Below, piece after piece: positions 22,920 to 34,364 of a stretch of DNA of 37,495 bases. Position 1 is the stretch's first letter, and the number at the start of each line of letters is the position of its first letter. Under the pieces are notes generated by a model, which worked only from the letters and a program-made list of their open reading frames with translations, searched no databases and was not told where the DNA came from. This DNA is from Octopus bimaculoides (lineage: Eukaryota). A program made the translations under genes and the position numbers. The stretch covers positions 8,792,940-8,830,434 of the forward strand of contig NC_069008.1 in NCBI RefSeq assembly GCF_001194135.2. Reading direction: 5' to 3'.

Positions 22920-23009
22920 TCATTTAATGTAAACATTTCTGTGTATAACTATATTTAACCATTAAAATAAGTTAAATATATTAGTTGTCATACACGTCAT
23001 CAGGAATAA
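22920..23009 (-). ncRNA. Hammerhead-like motif with long helix II
   Basis: Minus strand: TTATTC CTGATGA C GTGTATGAC..TATATTTAAC..GTTAAATATA/GTTATACAC A GAAA TGT TT ACA TT AAATGA. Perfect core; helices I, II and III can all be drawn. Confidence 0.5.
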
Positions 23010-24106
23010 TTTTCATTAGAACAAAAAAACCAAAAAAAAACATAATGAATTGATCGAACAAAATCAAATTTAAATCTATACTATTTTCGGTTAAATACGA
23101 AATCCTCTCTGTTTACATCCGCTAACTTAAAATAGGGGAGGTAACTCCATGGTAAGTTCTATGATTATTACTCCACTACCAATAATTACTAAATCACTAA
23201 AACTCTTATTTATTATTAATTATTCAAGATATATAAATTATCTTAATGGCCACTGGAAAACTACAATTACTATTGACTAATTTTACATTGATATGCCTAC
23301 CTTAAAATCCAATATTATACTACATAGTACCATAAACTATGAACCCAAAAAAATGTTCAATTGCAATAGGAATAATTACTTCTAGGAATTTTTTCAAAAC
23401 CCACATGTGTTATATTTAATTTATACTTTAACATATTAATATTGTCTGCTATAATTATTATATTCTATGGACTCCATGTTATAAATTATAAACAATTCAC
23501 ATCTTATTGGAGATCCACAGTGTGCCACCCTATCTCTAGTATTCAATTCAATACCTGCATTTATTATTGTCAAGTTACACACTTATATATTCTGCTTTAA
23601 GATCTAATAACATACTATATTGTACTGTACTGTACTACAAGTTATAATTAACTCTTCATTATAATTAATCCATACTAAGTTGTGCCTAGATTTTAATGGC
23701 AAAATTCCAGCCGCTACTTATAACTTTAATATTTAATATTTAAATATGGCCTGCCTTCATATCTAATATTATATACCATTATTATTATTATTATTATTAA
23801 TATTATATTACAACCCGTTTCAATCTAGTAAACCTTCTCTTATAAACTGTCCAAATTTTATGCCGAAATCTAGGATTGATCTTCATTATTAAAAGTTATA
23901 TTATTATTATTAACAGATAATTTAGAGAGTCTAAGTGAAATATTTTTAACAAAACCATCAACAATAATAATACTCCTAAATTATTACTACAATGTACTAT
24001 AGGTTATAGTCAATTCTCTATTATAATTGAACTCAATCCTCAAACGCCACCAAAATTCAAGTAAATCCCACAACAATTATTTGTACATTATATATATATA
24101 TATATA

Positions 24107-25303
24107 GGTGCATAAGGTATTTGAGGACATACCTTTCTTGGATCATTGCTGCATTTTTTGCTAAGTCTGTGTAATCTTTGTTTCAGATAATAATATTGGC
24201 AGACCCTCAACTTACTCAGGAAATGAAGAGGCATGCTGTTATTGTGGTTGAGCATAGCGATTCAGAAATATCTTGGTCTTTAAAAGTTATCAGATCTTTT
24301 ATTTACATAGTTTGTAAGAAGCTAGAGATTGAAGATGGAAACTTATCACCAGTATCAATGCATAAAAAGCATTCTAAATGCTCTGAAATTGTCAGAACAC
24401 CTGAATTTATCCAGCAAGTTCAACAGATCATTGATTACAATCTCAGAAAGTCTATGAGGTTAATTGTAAAAGATCTTCATGTGTCAGAAGGAACAGTCAG
24501 AAATGTTGTCCATGAAGACATCAGATATAAGTCTTATATGATGATGAAAGGTCAATTTGTCCGAAAAAGTAAAAGAAAATCACTACATCAGATCTGAAAG
24601 GCTCTTAAACAAACTGAAAAATCCAGCAGATTTGATTTGGTTTTTCCCAAACGAGAAAAACTTTGAACAAGATCAAAAAGTTAAAAGAAGAAATGACAGA
24701 CGGTTATGTGCAGACTCTTCTGAAGTTCGAAGTGTTAAGCATACAAAATTTCCTGCAACTGTCATGGTTTTAGGGATTGTCAGCAATGAAGGACATGTGA
24801 TGTCTCCTTACTTCTTTCCACAAGGTCTTAGAGTTAACTGTCGCCTGGACCGAGGTCCTGGAAACAATTGTTAAGCCCTGGATATACAGTGTATGCAATG
24901 GAAAACCATATGTGTTTCAGTAAGACTTTTCACTATCATACACGGCTGAAAATTTTCATGATCACATAACCCTTAACATTTGGCCTCCTAATTCCCCAGA
25001 TCTCAATCTATTGGATTCTTACATATGGAGCGTTGTTGAGAGAGAGGTCCATAACACCAAAGATTCTTTGAAAGCTGCCATAGTCAGAGTAATGTCCAAA
25101 ATGAATGAGGACCACTTGATTCGAGAATATAGATGATTTAGATCTCATATAGAAGTAGTTGTTGAAGCCAAAGGTGGCTTTATTGAATAACGTTATAGAA
25201 AAGGTTTATTTTTATCCTCACAGCATTTTTTGATAAAGTTATTATCTGTTATTATATATGTTATTTTATGAACATAAATTTGTCCTCAAATATCTTCTGC
25301 ACT

Positions 25304-25305
<2 letters not shown>
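24107..25305 (+). mobile_element. Decayed Tc1/mariner-superfamily transposon (maT/DD37D- or rosa-like)
   Basis: Imperfect TIRs GGTGCATAAGGTATTTGAGGACA and TGTCCTCAAATATCTTCTGCACTC, embedded in (TA)n. Remnants VSEGTVRNVVHEDIRYKSY, VMVLGIVSNEGHVM and WPPNSPDLNLLDSYIWSVVE. The catalytic D spacing cannot be counted. Confidence 0.85.
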
Positions 25306-25365
<60 letters not shown>

Positions 25366-25856
25366 CAACCGCACATACTCCATGTATGCGTTTTGCTTGC
25401 TCATCAGTTCGCAGTAATACAGCACTCTGTGGACAACTCCCTTATAGCACTGGGATAAGTACTAGAATAAGTACTAGGCTTAAAAATAAGTCCGGGGGTC
25501 AAATTGTTCAACAAAATCACATGAAGGTCGTGCTCCAGTATAACCAGTCAAATGAGAGAAACAAGAATAAAAGAATATATACATCAATATCATCATCATC
25601 ATCATCGTTTCATATCCTTATTTTCATGCTAATGTGGGTCAGACAGAATTTGTTAAATCAAATCTGCTATTGTCAGATGCCTTTCCTGTCACCAACCCTC
25701 ACCTGTTTCCAGGCAAGATAACATTTCTCCATGGCTAGAGATGACCAGCTCAAAAGACTGAAAAGGAAGAACACTTGGTAACTTGCTTACAGCTATCAAG
25801 GAGACAGTGAAATACACACACAGACGTATAAATACATATCATCATCATCATCATCA

Positions 25857-26009
25857 TCGTTTAACGTCCGCTTTCCATGCTGGCATGGGTTGGACGATTT
25901 GACTGAGGACTGGTGAAACCAGATGGCTACACCAGGCTCTAATCTGATTTGGCAGAGTTTCTACAGCTGGATGCCCTTCCTAACGCCAACCACTCAGAGA
26001 GAGTAGTGT
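25857..26009 (-). mobile_element. Family B repeat (left of gap)
   Basis: CGTTTAACGTCCGCTTTCCATGCTGGCATGGGTTGGACG...CCACTCAGAGAGAGTAGTGT. Confidence 0.85.
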
Positions 26010-26267
26010 NNNNNNNNNNNNNNNNNNNNNNNNNNNNNNNNNNNNNNNNNNNNNNNNNNNNNNNNNNNNNNNNNNNNNNNNNNNNNNNNNNNNNNNNNNN
26101 NNNNNNNNNNNNNNNNNNNNNNNNNNNNNNNNNNNNNNNNNNNNNNNNNNNNNNNNNNNNNNNNNNNNNNNNNNNNNNNNNNNNNNNNNNNNNNNNNNNN
26201 NNNNNNNNNNNNNNNNNNNNNNNNNNNNNNNNNNNNNNNNNNNNNNNGTCTGTACGTATTGTCGTCG

Positions 26268-26450
26268 TCGTTTAACGTCCGCTTTCCATGCTAGCATGGG
26301 TTGGACGATCTGACTGAGGACTAGTGAAACCAGATGGCTACACCAGGCTCCAATCTGATTTGGCAGAGTTTCTACAGCTGGATGCCCTTCCTAACGCCAA
26401 CCACTCAGAGAGAGTAGTGTGTGCTTTTACGTGTCACCCGCACGAAGGCC
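26268..26450 (-). mobile_element. Family B repeat (right of gap)
   Basis: Four mismatches in about 152 nt relative to 25857-26009. Confidence 0.85.
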
Positions 26451-26452
26451 AG

Positions 26453-26750
26453 GTGCATGGCTCAGTGGTTAGGGTATTGGGTTTATAATCGTGTGGTTGT
26501 GAGTTCAATTCCTGGACCAGGCTGTGTGTTGTGTTCTAAAGCAAGACACTATTTCATGTTGCTACACTTCACTCAGCTGTAGAAATTATTTGCGATGTCT
26601 CTGGTGCCAAGCTGTATCGATCTTTCCCTTGGATAACATTGGTGGAATGGAGAGGAGAGGCTGATATGTATGGACGATGGCTGGTCTTCCATAAACAACC
26701 TTGCCCAAACTTTTGCCTCAGAGGAGAACTTTCTAAGGAGAATCCTTTGA
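26453..26750 (+). mobile_element. tRNA-derived SINE family E
   Basis: A box TGGCTCAGTGG, B box GAGTTCAATTCC, then AGCAAGACACT..TTCATGTTGCT..CACTCAGCT. Related minus-strand copy at 30445-30660. Confidence 0.8.
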
Positions 26751-26899
26751 TCATTTGTGACCGAAGGGGGTTTTTACCCTTTTTTTATACATATGTGTGT
26801 ATGTATGTATGTATGTATATGTGTGCATGTGTATGTATGTATACATGTATGTATGTTTGTTTATTTGTTCTCTTCTGTTTTTAATTATTTAAATTCTTC

Positions 26900-27285
26900 C
26901 TCTAAGGAAAAAACTGGTTTCGAACAAAGATATGAAACTCTATTGTTGGAATGCAGATTACAAAAAACAATGTCACATTTTAAACTTGAGAAAAGTCTAG
27001 CATAGCCTTTCTGTTCCACTTACAGATGGTATTTGTAATGTGCAAATCGGTTGATTTCTTTTTCTGGAAATCTAAGCTTGTCCAGAGCAACAGTTAGGTA
27101 TGTATGGGAGGGCTTAATCTGCAAGTTGGTTGGCAGCCTGACCAGAAATGGTAAAATAGAGGGTCACATTTCAGTTAGTGAAGCCAGGCAACAAACAGTT
27201 CAAATGTTACATCTGTGAATACACTTGAAGAATGGAAGCTGGGCTAAAGAGCCACCTACAAGCACATGGTCATGCAAAATTCAAT
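26900..27285 (+). pseudogene. Decayed C2H2 zinc-finger fragment, probably the 3' end of an RTE-type ORF
   Basis: 27196-27267 translates QFKCYICEYT*RMEAGLKSHLQAH (C-x2-C-x12-H-x3-H with one internal stop). It is preceded by KTGFEQRYETLLLECRLQK. Confidence 0.55.
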
Positions 27286-28126
27286 GAAGGGATAACATAC
27301 TTTTGACAAGGAGCAACTGACACACACAAACACACACATATATACACATATATATATACATGCATACACTTATGTATACACATATATTTGTACATATATA
27401 TACACAAGTTCAAGGCCACTCTCCACTACTCCAAATCCCTGGGAGACAATCATCAAGGACTGCCCAAAGAGACAGCATGTCATCACTAAGGGAATGGACC
27501 AGATGGGAAATAACAGACATCAGACATTAAAGACACAAAAAGCAACTCATACTCCTTCATCCCCTGCCAACCCTCCACCATGATAAATTCCCCCAGCTCT
27601 TCTATACCATTCTTGGCTGGAATAGCCACCTCAGGCACTGGTACCCTTTGCAGGCATCAGGACAAAGAAGTTCAATCATTTGCTACAAATTTACTACTTA
27701 ATGCCAATGCCGACGATATATACACACATTGATATATGTGTACACACGTATATATATATCATCATCATAATCATCATTGTTTAACATCTGCCTTCCATGC
27801 TGGAATTGATTGGACGGTTTGACAGGAGCTGACCAGACTGCTCCAGACTTCTGTGTCTGTGTATGTGTATGTGTGTGTGTGTGTGTATCCCTTTTATCTT
27901 TTATATGTTTCAGTTTCTGTGGACAAAACTTTAATGGTCGGATGGAGAGGATGGCAGCTGCAGCAACGCATTATTGAGGAATGCAGAGAGCAAGATGAGG
28001 CAAGTAAAACATCTTGGTCACCCACTGCATCCGTCTCCATCCCCAATCGTCTTGACCTGGTTTTGCTACTGGATCAAAGATGATCACAGAAAGGAGAGTA
28101 AGGTCAATGGTGCACAATTCACTTAA

Positions 28127-28520
28127 CCCTTTAGCATTTAAGCCAGCCATATCCAGCCCAAATATTCCACCCGTTTTATGCTCAAACTGGCCAGATCTGG
28201 CCTCTCACACCCACCTTACAGTGTCATTCCAAAACTAAACCATCACATCATCAAAACCTCAAAGCTAGAAGATAATGCTTGCTTAATTCAAAACAATGTG
28301 AATAAATAATCATTATGAGAGGGGGCTGAAAAGTCCCTGGCTTTAAGGTATCACAAAAGGCCTGGTTGAAAACCCAACCCTCTGAGCTCAGAAAAAATTG
28401 AAGGACCACTGCAACAGGTGTGTGAACTTGAGAGGGGAATATATTGGATAATTAACTGATCCTCCTGTATCTTCTTTTACCCAAAGCCAGGAACTTAGTA
28501 TAATCTGAATGCCGAAGGCC
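28127..28520 (+). mobile_element. piggyBac-like MITE interrupted by a mariner MITE
   Basis: TTAA|CCCTTTAGCATT start. The body matches 32379-32599 and 36041-36243, and resumes as TAATCTGAATGCCGAAGGCC after the insertion. Confidence 0.75.
28316..28497. mobile_element. Mariner-derived MITE/fragment
   Basis: TA|TGAGAGGGGGCTGAAAAGTCCCTGGCTTT ... CCAAAGCCAGGAACTT: mariner-type TIR, with the right TIR partial. Confidence 0.7.
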
Positions 28521-28645
28521 TAAAGCAAAGTCTCCGAGCAAGTCATCAGTTATCCTTGAGAACAACCAGATGGTCCTCGTCACTCCATTCTCACTCCCAT
28601 GGTTGTAAAACAAACTTCTTCACTGCACAACCGTGCTTGCAACAT

Positions 28646-28693
28646 TAAAAAACAAAAAACACACAACACTATTTCAATTGTAATACCTTTAAT
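28646..28693 (-). terminator. PTRH2 polyadenylation signal (ATTAAA) with downstream GU/U-rich element
   Basis: Minus strand: ATTAAA at 28693-28688, about 120 nt after the stop, then GTGTTGTGTGTTTTTTGTTTTTT about 20 nt further on. Confidence 0.65.
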
Positions 28694-28811
28694 GATATTT
28701 ATAAAAAAGAAAAACATTTAAAAAAGAACAACAACATACTAAAACAAATAAACAAACAAGGCCGACATCATTTGTCAAAGTTGTGATTCTTGCACAACAC
28801 ATGAAAGACTG

Positions 28812-28861
28812 TTAAAGCAGCTTTAAATGACCCGTCACTTCATCAACAAGGCTGGAAGGAC
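28812..28861 (-). CDS. PTRH2: Peptidyl-tRNA hydrolase 2, last coding exon: (G)PSSLVDEVTGHLKLL*
   Basis: Acceptor CTGTTGCTCTTTCCAG. Phase 1 matches the upstream exon (G|GT = Gly). VDEVTGHLKLL-stop is the canonical PTH2 C-terminus. Confidence 0.95.
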
Positions 28862-28889
28862 CTGGAAAGAGCAACAGAATAATGTTAGA

Positions 28890-29090
28890 TAAAACCGAAT
28901 ATTGGTTTCAAATTTTGGCACAAGGCCAGCAATTTCATGGGAAGGATAGGTTGATTAGATCAACCCCAGTGATCAACTGGTACATATTTTATTGACCCCA
29001 AAAGGATAAAAGCAAAGTCAACCTCAGCTGAATTTGAACTCAAAACATGAAAATGGATGAAATGATGCTAAGCATTTTGCCAGCTCGCCA
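28890..29090 (-). mobile_element. SINE family D (intronic)
   Basis: Sibling of 6125-6305: GGCGAGCTGGCAAAATGCTTAGC...GAGTTCAAATTCAGC on the minus strand. Confidence 0.7.
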
Positions 29091-29459
29091 CGTTAGATAA
29101 TCCCTAACATTATCATCCATAATTAATGCCTTAAACCATACTGTAATTATTATTTAACTTGTAAATACATGGCCATGCTATGTAAAAGAAATGTTGGATA
29201 CACCTATGGCTGACAGTTTAAAAAGTTCATCTTACAATCTTGAGAGCTCAAGTTAAACCCCATTCTACACAATATCTGTTGATCCGTTTTCATTTCAGGA
29301 TCGGCAAACAATTTTGAGAGGATGTGTACAGTTGTGGCTTAGAGCAGAGAAACAGCAGTATGGTTAAGAAGCTTGCTTCCCAACCACTTCTGGGTTCAGT
29401 CCATTGCATAGTACCTTGGCCAAGTGTCTCCTACTAAAGCTCCAGTCTGGCCAAAGCAT

Positions 29460-30240
29460 TAACACTGGTTTTTCTGTGACAGACAGAATCTGATCTTCCC
29501 TTGCCTTAAAGCAAAACCCCTTGGTGATTTTCCTTTCCTCAAAACCATGCACCAGGACTTTGCATATGTGAAACTCATTTGTGCCAATGCCACAAGCTTC
29601 TCTAGTTTCCAGAGATTCTTCTTAACTGCCTGCTCTGTTGGACCAGGGATTTGTCCATGAAGGTGTAGATGGGTGGTTGCACTCTTGTCTTGCTGCGGAC
29701 CACAGTACTCCTTCTCTGCTGACCTGACTGGCATATTCATTACTAACTGTTGGTAGCAGTCAGGTGTCGGCTGACTGGAGGGAACCCTCAACCTGAATTT
29801 GCTGTATTGCAACTTCAACCAACTTGTGTGATATCAAACAACAGGCATTAGACAGATCTAGCCACAGTGCAACCAGGGCTCCTCTTTTCTTGACATACCT
29901 CCCTAATAGATTGGGTCACCAAGTCTGTTGTCCAAGGCAACCAGGGACTCCTGAAATGCCTCCTTTCTCTACAGACATATCAACATAACTATTGTTCAGC
30001 AGAAAGCTAGAGATTCTCTTGGATACAATGTTGAAGAAAATCTTATAAGACATGAAACTGACCAATATTTTCAGCTCACTTCCCTTTGGGTTGCATGCAT
30101 ATTTTGCAGACATTTTGGGGCAGCTGATGATGATGTGGGTGATATCTTCCACATTGGTATAGCAGAGCCAACATTTTTTTATCACAATGTGGAGGTTTGG
30201 TGGTATCTTTGTCCCTCTTGTTTACCAGATATTTAGTAGC
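29460..30240 (-). mobile_element. HERO/R2-like non-LTR retrotransposon fragments
   Basis: Minus strand: CWLCYTNVEDITHIIISCPKMSAKY (CCHC knuckle), NNSYVDMSVEKGGISGVPGC, ALWLDLSNACCLISHKLV (RT motif, cf. WLDLANAYGSVPH), LAQMSFTYAKSWCMVLRKGK. Confidence 0.75.
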
Positions 30241-30390
30241 CATCTCTTGTTCCTGGATAGTGGAGTCCTTTTAGGAGAGAGGTAATGTACCTGTTGCAGG
30301 TTCAGGTGAGGCTACTGTTATCCTCCAGCTTATGAGATATGCACCCATGCATTGCTTTATGCATGCATATACATACATAGATACATGCAT

Positions 30391-30432
<42 letters not shown>

Positions 30433-30444
30433 GGGAAGTTGTAA

Positions 30445-30660
30445 AAGAAAGGTTACCTTCTCAAGTCATGCCAACTAATAAGAAGTGGTTTCCCAGTTTC
30501 CGTGGCATAAAAATTCCCTACCTGGACACGACACCGGTCTGTTGCAGGATTACTCCTTTTTGCTAGCTGAGTGGATTGGAGCAACATGAAGTGAAGTGTT
30601 TTGCTCAAGAACATAATGTGTTGCCTGGTACAGAATTTGCAACCACAATCTTATGATTTC
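30445..30660 (-). mobile_element. SINE family E-related copy
   Basis: Minus strand: GTTGCAAATTCTGTACCAGG...TTGAGCAAAACACTTCACTTCATGTTGCTCCAATCCACTCAGCT. Confidence 0.65.
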
Positions 30661-32378
30661 AACATGAAATACAAAAACATTTGTTTTCGTATTTCATGTT
30701 GTTTACTGTTGGTGACGTCCTCTACCCATATATGCATTTGTATGTGTATATATATTATATTATATTATATTATATATATATATANNNNNNNNNNTTTCTC
30801 TCTCATCCTTTCTCTAATTCCCTTTTTTCTCCCCTTCACCATTTTCTATTTGTTTCTCTCTCTCATTCCCCCTCTATCTCCTTTACTCTCTCGTTGCTCT
30901 CACGTGACCATCATCCATTTTTCTTTTCCTCATGTGATCATCTTTCTTTTCTTTCAGGGCTGCGCTAAGGACTGGACATATCCTATCTCTATCTACATCC
31001 TTTCTCTTGTCAAAGAAAATATTTCTCCAGTATTCGCTATTTTACCTTCGTTCTGATCTAACGACCCTCCATGTTTGTTTTCATTCGGTTTCTTTCTATG
31101 TCTCCACTGTCTTGTTTTTGTTCCCAACATTGATCCTCCATAAATCTACACATGCAAATATGGGTAAAGGACGTCACCAACAGTAAACAACATGAAATAC
31201 GGAAACAAATGAGTTCAATACGCAAACAACAAAAGAAACAAATGGAAAACAGGACAAGTAACATAAAGAATGACCCTTCATCAGTGTCCCAAATTTTATT
31301 TTGGTACTTATGNNNNNNNNNNNNNNNNNNNNNNNNNNNNNNNNNNNNNNNNNNNNNNNNNNNNNNNNNNNNNNNNNNNNNNNNNNNNNNNNNNNNNNNN
31401 NNNNNNNNNNNNNNNNNNNNNNNNNNNNNNNNNNNNNNNNNNNNNNNNNNNNNNNNNNNNNNNNNNNNNNNNNNNNNNNNNNNNNNNNNNNNNNNNNNNN
31501 NNNNNNNNNNNNNNNNNNNNNNNNNNNNNNNNNNNNNNNNNNNNNNNNNNNNNNNNNNNNNNNNNNNNNNNNNNNNNNNNNNNNNNNNNNNNNNNNNNNN
31601 NNNNNNNNNNNNNNNNNNNNNNNNNNNNNNNNNNNNNNNNNNNNNNNNNNNNNNNNNNNNNNNNNNNNNNNNNNNNNNNNNNNNNNNNNNNNNNNNNNNN
31701 NNNNNNNNNNNNNNNNNNNNNNNNNNNNNNNNNNNNNNNNNNNNNNNNNNNNNNNNNNNNNNNNNNNNNNNNNNNNNNNNNNNNNNNNNNNNNNNNNNNN
31801 NNNNNNNNNNNNNNNNNNNNNNNNNNNNNNNNNNNNNNNNNNNNNNNNNNNNNNNNNNNNNNNNNNNNNNNNNNNNNNNNNNNNNNNNNNNNNNNNNNNN
31901 NNNNNNNNNNNNNNNNNNATATATATATATATATAAGGAAAATGGGATTAAAAAATCCTGGCAGATATTCAAGTAAGCACTCAATATAAAGGAATAATGT
32001 TAAATTTCCAACATATATGTGTGTGTAAGTGTATGTAGTGTGTTGTGTGAGTGTGTGTGTGTGTGTTTATATGNNNNNNNNNNTTGTTTTTTGTCTGTTT
32101 TTTTTAAACTTATATATATATATATATATATATATACAGACACGTGTGTATAGGAAATACACACACAATCACATAAATATACATAAAATAAACACAAAGG
32201 AGCATGAAGGAAATATCTCAAAGGGTCCTATGACATGAATACAAATTCAACGTGAGTGGAGACCAAGGTGGGTGAGGAAATTCTTCTTTTCAATTTTCCT
32301 TTGTCGTTAGTAATTCTGAATGAGAAGGGGAGATAATTTCAAAGCATTAAGAAAAGTTTGTGGTTGAATTAAGCTTAA

Positions 32379-32599
32379 CTCTTCAGCATTTAAGCTGGCC
32401 TTATCAGGCCCAAATATTCTACCTCTTTTATGTTGAAACTGACTTGATTTGACCTCTCACACTTACCATACAATGTCATTGGAAAAAATAAACAACCATA
32501 TCACTGACATCTTGAAGCTACAAGATAATACGTAATCAATATAAAATAATGTGAATAAATAAGCATTACATTTGATAGAATAGTGTGAATGCTAAAGGG
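32379..32599 (+). mobile_element. piggyBac-like MITE
   Basis: TTAA|CTCTTCAGCATT...AATGCTAAAGGG. About 220 bp, non-coding. Confidence 0.75.
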
Positions 32600-33324
32600 A
32601 TGAAGAAAAGAACATCATCCACTTTTCCATGTTTGTGTGGGTTGGACAGAATGTCATCAATCCTCAACTGTTTGCCACGGCCAGACAAGTTCTTCATAGA
32701 TGACTGGAAATGAACATCACTTGTATAACAATGATGCTTGTTTAACACTATCCTGTGACATCAAGACAAAGGTATACAATTGAACCTCAAAGGGTATGCC
32801 TATTATGGCATTTGAACCTCAAGGGTATGCCCTGGCGAGCCCTGTTCCTGGTGAGTATGTTTGGCATTTTGCCACCATCTCCCACACACTCTCCCTCTCT
32901 CTCTCCCCTTCTCCTGCACTTCCCTCAGGTTGAGCAACCATGTATTTTCTTTGCAGTAGCACACCTGTTCCTGTCTTCATTCCTGGTCTTTCTCTCTCCA
33001 GCCAGGTAACCTTGCACTTCCTCTACAGCAAGACACCTGCAACTGTCTCACTATAATCTTTTCATCATCACCTCCTCCAGTGCTTCTTCCCCTCTTAAAA
33101 GTTTTTTGTCCTGCAAGTACTTTGTGACCCTGTCGGTGCAGGGGCCACTTAAAAGCACCCAGTTCACCCTGTAAAGTTCAACTGTATAATAATTATAAAG
33201 AATGTTCTTCTAAAGAGGTCTTTGAATATAAACTCAGCAAATTAAAGCAGCTGGTGTCCAGAAACAAATGTTGTGATCTGCTTATTAAAGCCTGATATAC
33301 TCCATCCTCATCTTACATTATCCT

Positions 33325-33361
<37 letters not shown>

Positions 33362-33547
33362 GTAGGTTATGTTTAAAATTAAAGGAGACTTTAAAATGTA
33401 GTATCCAAACCTTGTTTTGGGTATGTCCCTAGTAGTGTGCCTTGAGAGAACTTTTATCACATATGGCTCCCAAGTGTCACCCATGGAACTGTACTTTTGT
33501 CACAGGATCTACACAAGGAATTCCTCGGTGAACATTTAATATATGTT

Positions 33548-33915
33548 AAATAATTGATAGGGAAGACAGAATGTACTGTAAGCTTTATTTAGCACAACGA
33601 TTGTTTCAGCTTACATCTGCACTGCTCCCTTGTGGGTGGGGAACAATACAATGGCAGCTTCATCAGGTTACATTATATGTTACAGTGTAATAATATGTAC
33701 ATTTCACTACTGTGTGGCAGGAAGTGTTTGCATGATGCGTATATTTACAGTAGTTCACAAACCCATGTATGGGTTTCTTCTGCACAGTGGAATGCATTTG
33801 ATTCCACTATATTGTTCCCCACTCACTAGGGAGTAGAACAGAACAGATGTAAGCCAAAATGATCGCCATGCTTAGTAAAGCTTACAGCACAGTTCGTTTT
33901 CCCTATCAATTATTT
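33548..33915. mobile_element. MITE with ~80-bp imperfect TIRs
   Basis: AAATAATTGATAGGGAA...CTGTAAGCTTTA...GCTTACATCTG...CTCCC versus GGGAG...CAGATGTAAGC...TAAAGCTTACAG...TTCCCTATCAATTATTT. Confidence 0.8.
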
Positions 33916-33937
33916 TTTTTTTAAATATATATATATA

Positions 33938-34330
33938 GGCGTAGGAGTAGCTATGTGGTAAGAAGCTTGCTTCTCAGCCATATGGTTCTGGGTTCAGTCG
34001 CACTGCATGGAACCTTGGGCAAGTGTCTTCTACTATAGCCTCGGGCTGACCAAAGCCTTGTGAGTGAATTTGGCAGACGGAAAACTGGAAGAAGCCCATC
34101 GTATACATATATGTATGTATGTATTTGTGTCTGGGTTTGTCCCCCCACCATCGCTTGACAACCAACGCTGATGTGTTTACATTGCTGTAACTTAGCAGTT
34201 CAGCAAAGGAGACCGATAGAATAAGTACTAGGCTTACAAAAAATAAGTCCTGGGGTTGATTTGTTTGACTAAAGTCGGTACTCCAGCATGGCTGCAGTCA
34301 AATTACTGAAACAAGTAACAGAATAAAAGA
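33938..34330 (+). mobile_element. SINE family A, complete copy (intronic)
   Basis: AGGCGTAGGAGTAGCTATGTGG... through ...ACTGAAACAAGTAACAGAATAAAAGAA. Confidence 0.9.

Positions 34331-34364
<34 letters not shown>

Noticed and set aside
25857-26420. Apparent tandem duplication of a family B repeat
   Set aside because: Two nearly identical copies (4 differences in about 152 nt) directly flank a gap. This is most likely a haplotype or contig-overlap artefact; long reads are needed.
27026-27097. 72-nt plus-strand exon candidate (CTTACAG|ATG...TAG|GTATGT)
   Set aside because: It lies inside the decayed zinc-finger/RTE remnant and has stops in all frames, so chance splice-like sites are more likely.
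31255-31295. CTGATGA-A-GGGTC on the minus strand as another hammerhead
   Set aside because: No matching helix II partner or GAAA follows it.
32781-32835. Short direct duplication TGAACCTCAA(A)GGGTATGCC
   Set aside because: Only two copies of about 20 nt, consistent with an ordinary local slippage duplication.
33241-33291. Alternative PTRH2 last exon GFNKQITTFVSGHQLL*
   Set aside because: The acceptor is purine-rich and similarity is poor. The exon at 28861-28812 matches the PTH2 C-terminus far better.
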